Positions 55,003-64,000 of a stretch of 64,000 bases of DNA are shown one piece after another; the first letter of the stretch is position 1, and each line of letters begins with the position of its first letter. The stretch comes from Paraspadella gotoi (lineage: Eukaryota; Animalia; Chaetognatha). The stretch is taken from contig CM119264.1 of NCBI GenBank assembly GCA_051294375.1, forward strand, positions 23,444,858-23,508,857, in the 5' to 3' direction. The notes beneath the pieces were generated by a model, which saw nothing but the letters and a program-made list of their open reading frames with translations, was not told the origin of the DNA and made no database searches. The translations under genes were made by a program, and so were the position numbers.

Positions 55003-56420
55003 AGAATTATCATTTTACGCCGGATAAACGGACACTACTGTACTGAGGACGGAAAAGCAGAAGGTAAACGCGTTAAAAAATATAATTGAGCAAAAAAAAA
55101 AATACATATATTAAATTTGAAAAATCGAACTAGCGCGTGAAAAGGAATTTTAAAATCCGTTGAACTCATTTTTTATTACTAAAAGTCAGGAGTTAGAAAT
55201 GGGATGAGGTCTGATGGGAGAGAAAAAAAGGAAGAAAGGGTAGATATGACTATGGAAAATAATACCCAGCTAATTAATTATTGAGCGTGGAAAGTTGGAA
55301 ACATTAAGTTAAAATCCATTCGAAAATGATTAGTATTTAATACAGAACTATCTCATTTAAATTAATATTCCAACTGACGAATAAAATATCCTAAAAAAAA
55401 AGGGAAGTATGAATAATGAAATGATCGATACAAGGAAAGAGACTGAAGAGAATGAAGAAGACGAATCTCAACAGAATCCTCGCTCCTCTTTTTCTTCATC
55501 TGGAATTCGAATAAAGAAATTTTTTAATTAAAACAACAGAAAAAGGAAATGTAGTATTGGAAGGGGGACAGAGGGGCAAAGGAGGGGAAAGGGGGTTCGC
55601 ACTGGCAGAAATGATAAGGACATTCCATTCAGTATTCAATATACGAGCAACATTGAAACTGTATAGTCAAGAAAAAAAGCCCCCTTGCCATTTTATTTCT
55701 CGGCAAACTGCGACTAAATCAAAGAATTGAGCGAAATTATAACCTTGAATTAATCCATTAACGTTAAGACGGACATAATTTTCGACCTAAATCTAATCGC
55801 TTGAAATGGTAAGCGGATGAATGTCCGTATTGTGTTCGAATGCTGATTCACTTTTCGTCGAAACAGAAACAAAAAAAGAAATGGACTACGATTTTCGCTC
55901 TGATTTTTTAAATAATTACTTCTTTCTGTTTTTTTCTTTGGTTTTTCGTGTTCTTAATCATTCATTATTTTTCGATTAATTAATTCCCGCAACGACAGAT
56001 AGAAATAATCCGAAACAACAGGCAACACACTTTCGCTCTCTCCCACTCCGGCTCTAGTTCTCTCGCTTCTGCTCTCTCTCTCGTCTCTCTCCTCTTCTCT
56101 CCTCTCTCTTTTTTCATTGTCTTTTTTTTTTTGACAATATTGAAACTCAAATTAAAGTCTTTTTTTTTGATGAACTCGTTTTTGAATCGGACAAATCCAG
56201 TCTCTTTGTTCGTTTTTTTTTTTTTTTTATTTTGAGCTGAAATGGAGTTTTTCTGGCATCATTATTTAAAAAAAGTGTCAATTGTTATTCTCCGACTTTT
56301 CCTTTGTTTATTCTTTTTTAATTTTTTTTAGGATTTTGTGAAAAAACGTCGAAATCGATTTGCGAGATCGAGGATGGTGACTCCGAAAGAGTGAGGGCGC
56401 TGTTTGACCAAACGTAATGT
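55003..56420. repeat. Inverted partner of 46850-49010 (deletion-rich copy), downstream of SoxD exon 2
   Basis: Reverse-complement anchors shared with 46850-49010. Confidence 0.8.
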
Positions 56421-57654
56421 TTATTTTTGTGGTTATATCTTTGCGGGTCTTTGTGGGTGAACGAGTAAACTCAGTGTCTCAGATCGCTAGATCCCTTTTC
56501 CATTTGTCTCATTCTTTATCTAATTGATAAAACGTCACTTTTCACCAGAGTTTTAACAAATTTCTTGAGCAATATTATCACATTCTATCACAGTTTTATC
56601 TCTACGAATCCATTCCCTTCTCGCTCCGAAACTTAGATCGAAAGGGAAGATGAATGTGAGGATATGTATTTCATTNNNNNNNNNNNNNNNNNNNNNNNNN
56701 NNNNNNNNNNNNNNNNNNNNNNNNNNNNNNNNNNNNNNNNNNNNNNNNNNNNNNNNNNNNNNNNNNNNNNNNNNNCTGTTTGTTCGTACATATTTCGACT
56801 CCCAAAAAGGTCTTATGTAAAAAACAATGGAGGCGAAAGTCGGCTGTTGCTTCTCAATCTGATCATGAAAAGAAGACGATGCACGGCACGTCGCTTCGAA
56901 AGGGGGGGGGAAGTAGCGGGTGGGGAGAGGGGTGGTGAAGGGGGGAAGGGTGAGAGAGAAACAGAAAAAGAGTGCGTCGCGGGCTATGTTTAGGCAATTC
57001 TCGGTCTCCGATGCTCGGGTCGGTCGAAAGTGGTTTGAGAGAGAAGTGGATGTTTGGGGTGGTCTTCGGTGAGAAAATTCGTTGATAAAGAAACTTTTAG
57101 CTTAACTAATGAACTTTTTTGTTATTATATAAATATAAAGCGGTGGGTGAACGAAGTTGTGAAAAGCATATACCAAAATCAAAGCTCTACTCCCCACACC
57201 CTTAACTCCCCACTCCGCCCACAAAACCAGGTTCCCTCGATGCTCTTATTTTCTTCGTTTCGGTCATTAAAGTCACCGACCAAATCGACGACTAACGCCC
57301 TCAAACGTCGCGCCGCCAGAACAAAAACTGGGCGGCGCCGCGTGGTGAGAGAGAGAAAGCGAATGGTAGAGAGAGCGCGATAGACACAGAAAGAGAGAGA
57401 GAGAGGGACTGAGAGAGAGACAGAGAGAGAGAGAACCTTTTTCGCCTTTGATCTCAGTTAATTATCGTATTACCAAAGTTGGTTACGACGACAAAAAACC
57501 ACGAAAGAGCGCAAGAAAGCCACGGCTGACTACAGAAACCTCACGATCGACCACCTGAGGGCCATCATACCATCAGACTATCAGACCATCACCAGAGGGC
57601 CATCAGTCAGCCACCCTAACCACTAAAAGGTTAAAAAAATAGTTTCTAACTCAC

Positions 57655-57995
57655 CCGTGAAGCTGAGTCTCCCGCTGCTGCTGCGTCCTGCGCCGACGCC
57701 ATCTGTTTCCTCAGCGCCTCCAACTGATGGATCATCTCGCCGAGTTTCTTTTCCTGCTCGGAAGGCGACGCCGCTTCGCCCAACGCCATCTTTACCGAAT
57801 CCAGTAGACGCGCGCTGTCGTCGCGTCCGTCGCCGGTCGCCGCCCCTTCGCCGGCGCCGCAGCGGCCTCTTTCGCTCGTCCCGGACTCATCGGCGCCGCC
57901 CCGCCCGCCCGCCGACCCGGCAGCGCGGGAGGCGGCGTCGGAATGCGGCGTCAGAAAGGCGGACGCTTGCAAGTCGGACATCATGGCAAGGGCCG
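57655..57995 (-). CDS. SoxD: SoxD second coding exon (coiled-coil/leucine-zipper region)
   Basis: Acceptor ttatcttcAG, phase-compatible with the upstream exon; donor GTGAGT. SEQEKKLGEMIHQLEALRKQM aligns with Sox5 [21 protein letters not shown]. Confidence 0.82.
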
Positions 57996-58108
57996 CTGAA
58001 GATAAGGGAAAAGACGGCGGTTTGTTATATGAGTATCAAGTTGCGCCACTTTTTGAATTCTTTATTCAATATTTTGTCTAATATATAAACTGATTCTGAA
58101 AACTACTT

Positions 58109-58141
<33 letters not shown>

Positions 58142-58650
58142 TCATCTTCCTCATTCGGTTTTTATTTAAAACAGATGTCCTCTGTTTTCATATTCAGTCT
58201 GATGTGAAAAACATAAACGTTTAACTTTTTTTTTAGTTTCAACTAACGGTTTTATTTTCTCGTCATATTTACATTTTATTGAGTTAACATCAATAAAATA
58301 AAGTGCGACAAAAACTAACGACGTTCGGAAAAGAAACGAATGCGTCTGATTTTTCTGTCAAAACTTATTATTATTATTATTAGCTTATTTTTCATTAGTG
58401 AGAATTTGTTATCGTTGAACAATTTTTCTTTCTTTGTTGTTATCTCTTTCTTTTTTTCTCTCTCTCATTTGATTTATATTTATTTTTTTTTTTGTTTTGT
58501 TCCTAATGTAATTCTATCGGACACACTGAGGAGAGTTCACATTATTCACCGTTAGTAAAAGTATTATATTTTTCTTGATCAATGTTATCATAATCATTAT
58601 TATCAAATCGTTACAACAACAACAACAACAACGTCGCAGTGTGAGCTCAC

Positions 58651-59338
58651 CGGCCGCGTGGGCGTTTCCCGGCGCTAAATGCTGAAATGGCGCCGCGTCG
58701 ACGCCGCCGATGACGGCGTCGTCGTCATCGTCGTCGTGGACAGAGCCGTTGGCGACCACGGCGCCGCCGACGCGCGAGAGGCGCCGCAAGACGCTGTCCA
58801 TCGACTTCCGGTTTCGCGCCGACAAAATCGACGTCATGGAATTCATGATTCCCGACGTCGTCGTCACTGGGAGAGATGGCTCGTCGGGCGAGTGGGCGTG
58901 GCCCCGAGGCGGCGAAAGGCCGCGGCCCCTGGGGGAGGAGGGAGAAGCGCGGGCCGAAGACGACGAAGAATTCGTTTGATACTTGTCGTTGTTGTTGTTG
59001 AGGTGTTGACGGTTGGACTCGCTTTGTTGTTGTTGTTGTTGTTGTTCTTGGGCCGCGTCGCCGGTCACTGCGACGCTGGCTAAAAGACGCTGTTTTTTGC
59101 TGACGACGTCGGGGGCCGCGTCGCCGAATGAGGAGGTTGTACCGGCGATCGCACCGGCAGCGACGGGAGCAGAGTCGGCAGCGGGGTCGGCGTCGGGAAG
59201 CAACGCCGCTTCCGGTCCGGACTTCATGGAGAGGGAGTCGTTGAAGGCTGAGGAGGAGGAGGAGGGGGAGGCGAGACTAGAGGCGGTTGGCTCGTCGGCG
59301 GAAAACTTGGAAGGTGTGTTCTTCCGTTTGGAGGACAT
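58651..59338 (-). CDS. SoxD: SoxD-group (Sox5/6/13-like) transcription factor, first coding exon
   Basis: Acceptor ctctctAG (exon starts 59345), ATG at 59338, donor GTGAGC after 58651 (phase 1). MSSKRKNTPSK N-terminus and RKSMDSVLRRL motif resemble invertebrate SoxD as I recall them; GC-rich coding-like composition. Confidence 0.8.
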
Positions 59339-59785
59339 CTCAGTCCTAGAGAGAGGAAATGTTTAAGATAAGCGTTAGATACTGTAAAAAACTAGAAACA
59401 AAATTCATATTAAATTCCGAACAAAAAAGATCAAATTGGATTTAATCCACTACTGCTGATACGAGATCTCACTATTAAGATAATTTCTAATCGTTTGGCG
59501 AGAAAAATAAATAACAAAAATAAATAATCGCAGGGATTTTCTCCATCATTTTCCTGATTGGCCCCCACCACACCACACAAAAAAAACCACATCTGCCCAA
59601 CTATGGAAGAAAAATGGCTGTAATAATAACCCAGGATGGACGGAAGACGGAAAGAGAGAGAGAGAGATAAATCAGTTTATTTTCTCGACTTTCTCTTTCG
59701 ATCTTTTTTCTTTTCCATCTTGAGAAATCAAGTAGAAGCGATTTAAAGATGATAAATCGGCGAGAAAAGAGAAGAGTAGAGAAGA

Positions 59786-59950
59786 AAATAGATAGGAGAG
59801 AAGTGAAAAGAAAGGAGAGGAATGATAAGAGGAGAGAGGAGAATAGATAGGAGAGAAGTGAAAAGAAAGGAAAGGATTGAGAAGAGGAGAGAGGAGAATA
59901 GATAGGAGAGAGGTGAAAAGAAAGGAGTGGAATGAGAAGTGAAAAGAAAA
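59786..59950. repeat. 55-bp purine-rich minisatellite, 3 copies
   Basis: gataggagag starts at 59791, 59846 and 59901. Confidence 0.85.
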
Positions 59951-60041
59951 GATTGGAATAAAAAGGACTCGTTAAAAAGGTAGGTATGCTTAAATACATA
60001 TATCTTTTAATAAGACATATTATACCGCAAATTCAATCTGA

Positions 60042-60142
<101 letters not shown>

Positions 60143-60270
60143 CACGCGCGCCTCACATCTTCGATTTCCAAGAACCTGCGATGATCCACGGCGAAGGAAA
60201 AGTGTTTATTCAGATGCGAAATCTTGTGATTTAAATGTTAAATACAACAACGAAAAGAAGACGAAGAGGG

Positions 60271-60382
60271 AAAAGAAGGAGAAAAAGAAGGAGAAGAAGC
60301 AGTAAAGGAGTGAGGAGAAAAAGAAGGAGAAAAAGAAGGAGAAGAAGCAGTAAAAGAGTAAGGAGAAAAAGAAGGAGAAAAA
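60271..60382. repeat. 48-bp purine-rich tandem repeat, about 2.3 copies
   Basis: aaaagaaggagaaaaagaaggagaagaagcagtaaa repeated with a 48-bp period. Confidence 0.8.
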
Positions 60383-60884
60383 AAAAGTAGAAGAAGAAGT
60401 AAAGGAGAAATGAGAAGACCGAGGAAGAGGTGGGAGGCGAATCGCGAGGGCGGAAGAAAAAAAAAAAGATTCTGCTCATCGTCGTCCGAGAAATAATTGC
60501 GATAATGAGCGGATTGAGACATGAGCGTCAAGTGACTTCGTTGAGGAAACATGGTTGTCAAACTGTCGCCTCAAATTAATATTTAAGCAAAAAGTCGATA
60601 TTTTTTTCTTATTCCATCTTCTTTTTTTTTTTATCAGATTTTTGTTCCTTTTCACTTAATTGCTTTCCTTCGTTTAGTTTTGTCTTTCCCCTCCTTTTCT
60701 TTTATCATTGTCAATATATATTTGTTTATTATTTATTTTATTCTTTTTTTTTGTTATTGTTTGTTTTCGTTGCTTAGAATCGAATTGCGAGTCGATGTTA
60801 AAACCGACGCTTCTGACGGAAAAAAAAAATACCGAAAAATTGGGAGAGAAAAACGCGAGTGACAAAAGGGAAACCACAAAACAA

Positions 60885-60917
<33 letters not shown>

Positions 60918-63900
60918 AGACGACGACGACGACCAAAAAAACGGAAGATTCACGCAGAACTAAATGTGACTCACCCTACAAAAAAAAAACAACGAAGCAA
61001 AAAAGTCGGATTAAAGTAAACAAACAAATGACCGAAAATAGTCGACTTCTTTGTGGTTGAGACTTTCGAGTCTTTTTCTTTCGGCCAAGAATTGAAACGA
61101 GCTGTTAGAGTCGCTCTTACAATGTTTAACCCTTTTACATTTTTACAATGTTAAAAGTTAAAAGTTTCTTAATCATGATAATTCTTTAAATAGGGAGGAG
61201 ATTAATAAATTATTCGTGGGCAAAAGATTTTCGAATACTTCATTTCACGGACGACGCGACCTCACCGTAATTATTCACAAATTAGTATTTTTTAAGCTAT
61301 TAATCCCCGAAATGAATTCTACAATTAGACCTTTGTACAATATTTTTCACACGTCACTTAATATATAACTGTTTCATATCTCCTTTCATTCATTATTTGT
61401 TGGCCAGGTCTCGATCAAGGGTCAATCAATATTTAAACAAAAACTATTCAATTTCGAATCACAACTGACTAATAATTTGTTCATCAGTCCTCATTCAATT
61501 TTCGACTACCGATCGGATCCGATAACGGATCACTCGATTCACTCATGAGTAAGTCGACCCCGGGCACTGACAATTTGATTCCCAGTACCTAACCTCTCTA
61601 GTAGAAATCAGTCGGATTCCCATAACCAATCAATCACAAAGTCACCAATCACCATTGACTCACCGTGATCACCTTCATGGAATTCGTCCTCGTCCAACTG
61701 ACAATTGACTTCATCAATTTGATTTTTATTTTTCAAAATTAAAATCCGATAATTTTTTTAAGAATTTAATATTAATTGTTTTATTTAATTCAAAAATCCG
61801 CGCGTGCAGTTCGTTTCGCTCTCGCGATTTTGATCACGCTGAGATAGAGTCACCGAGCGACGAAGAGAATCGCGGTCTACGTTTTTTTTTTTTTTGAAAA
61901 AAATTAAAACATTAAAGAAGGAAAATCGCGAGACAGAGTCGTAAGTCGCCGCGCGTTTCTTTTTCTCTCTCGATGGCGTAACTCGAATTCATGGGCTGCG
62001 AAGACAGAGAGCGAGAGAATACGCGCTCCGGAAAAAAAAAATTACGAGAGAGAGAGAGAGTCAGTTTCGGCAAAATTTCGGAGGAGGAGGAGACGGAGGA
62101 GGAAGAGAGGGAGGAGGAGGAGGAGAAGGAGGAGGAGGATAACAAGGGCGAAGATATATAAGAAAAAGTCGCCGAAAGAGTGAAAACCGTGATGAGGAGG
62201 AGTGACCCTATAATAAAGATAGCGGAGAGGAAGAGCATACAAAAAGATGAGGAAACCAGCGCCGATGCTCCGCGCGACCGGATGGGAAGATTTTGGTTGG
62301 ACAAGAAAAGAGAGAGAGAGAGAGAGACGAAGAGAGAGAGAGCAGAGAGAGAGAGACGAGCAGAGAGAGGAGAAGAAGAGAGAGAGAGAGAGAGACTTTG
62401 ATAGGAAGAGCGTAAAAAAAAAAAAAAGAAGAAATGATTCGATAATGGATAATATAGATAGGAGGAGAAGAGAGGAGGCAGGAGGAGGAGGTGATGAGCG
62501 AGGAAGCGTAAATCAAGGCTAAAATAAAGAAAGGAAGAGGAGGGAGAATCAAAGGGGGCGGTGGGGCGTTTGAACGGAAATGAGAAAATCATGGTGCAGT
62601 GAAAGAAGAAAAATAATCAGGACGTGACCTCTGAAAGATCTGCTACTATAAAAGAGTAGAAAAAGAAGGAATTTAGTGAAATAAAATTTACGTTTTGTGA
62701 ATTTCTTAATGTTCCGTTTTCCATTTTAACAAAACTCGATCTTTGTTTATTTCAAAGTCTTCTGTACCGGATTCTGATAAAAAAAAAAATTTTCAGTTTT
62801 GTTTTTTCAAGGTTAAAAAGTCTTTCCTTCAAGTGGTCATTATCAAAGTAGTTGCATTGATAAGGAGACGAAGGAGAATGAGGAGGAGGTGGAAGAGGAA
62901 GAGGAGTGGGAGGAGGAGGAGAAAGAGAATAAGATTATTGTAAAATAGTGGGGAGGGGGAATCTCCTAATGAATTTAAGTCCAGGTAGGAAAAAGAAAAA
63001 AATTAAAAGGAAGATAGTAGGGAAAGAATTAAGAGGTTTAAGAAATAGACAAAAAAAAATAAAAAAAGAAAGTGAGACAAGAGATGGAAGCAAAAATAAA
63101 AAAGGAAGAGAATTGGAATCGGGAGGAGGAAGAGGAAAGGATGAGAAGAGTAAGACGCAGGGAAAAATAAACGTTGGCACAAATAGAGTTGGATGCCAGG
63201 GGAAAATAGGGATTTCGAGCGTCGAAGAAATTGAAATCCGTTTAACGGAAATACTAATGCAGAAGAATTTTTATTGTGGCTGGAAACTTGGCTTTTTTTT
63301 TTTAATCCGCGATTGGGCGGAGTTGTTGTTGTTGTTGTTGTTGTTGTTGTTATTGTTGTTATTGTTAAAGAGATTGAGATTCTTTTCAAAAGATGTAAAT
63401 TTGAGCGAGACTCTCGCCGAGTGCAGATTGTAAAGGAAAAAAAAGTGGAAAATTGCATTTTGTATTTGTAATTTGAATTAAATTGAAATTTGTTTATTGA
63501 GCAACTGTACTATAAAAAAAATGAATTACAATGCAATATGGTAAAGAAATAAAACGAAACTGCGATTATAAAGAAGTAATGAATACATTTTAAAACTTTC
63601 TAAAATAACGTTCCTCGCATATCAAACTATTAATCTTTAATCTTTATCATCGCAAACTAAAGTCGATCAACGATGATTTCAAACTGACGCTTCACCTCAG
63701 CGATGAAGCATTTACATTTTATTTGGACCTAAAACATCTTATAACGCATCTTTTAAACACAACACAATAGAAATAGGTATTAAATATTAATTTGAACCGA
63801 GCTAAAAATTGTTTAATTATAAAAGAGACAATTTGTAGAACAATAAAACTTCTGTTTTCAAGAAGTAAGAAAAACAACCTTTTTTTTCGAAGTTCGAAAT

Positions 63901-64000
63901 CTGAAGGTTTTATTGTGTTCGAGATTCAAATTTAAAAATACTTTTCATTCATACGTCGGTGGGAACAATGGTCGACGAAAAGAATAACCGTATATCTCTT

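Noticed and set aside
58641-58650. Palindromic splice donor GTGAGCTCAC readable on both strands
   Set aside because: A 10-bp palindrome is expected by chance, and there is no plus-strand exon evidence
57657-59366. Plus-strand ORFs overlapping the SoxD exons
   Set aside because: Antisense shadows of GC-rich coding sequence

Overview
Eukaryotic (animal, probably invertebrate) draft-genome window. It has spliced genes with short AT-rich GT-AG introns, very dense microsatellites ((GA/CT)n, (GAAA)n, (GAC)n), many N gaps and several indel-ridden blocks that look like unpolished long-read gap fills. Almost all ORFs in the supplied track are artefacts of repeats or Ns. The well-supported content is a complete six-exon sigma-like glutathione S-transferase (+, 4463-5977, 203 aa) and the first two coding exons of a SoxD (Sox5/6/13-like) gene (-, 59338-57655); I found no HMG-box exon in the readable sequence. 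The noisy blocks hide a probable split-SET (SMYD-like, apparently MYND-less) lysine methyltransferase gene (+, ~17.6-20.5 kb) and a possible LRR gene fragment (-, ~45.6-46.8 kb). The 42.8-56.4 kb region holds one direct and one inverted degraded duplication joined at CT/GA microsatellites, most likely a misassembly that scrambles the SoxD locus. Non-coding oddities are a 24-bp array of RFX X-box plus SOX-like motifs, a phased CCAAT cluster, a 14-bp minisatellite with a 126-bp higher-order repeat, and a Helentron/HINE-like element. I cannot support a new biological system here; no prokaryotic features were seen. All family assignments are from motif recognition by eye, not database searches.
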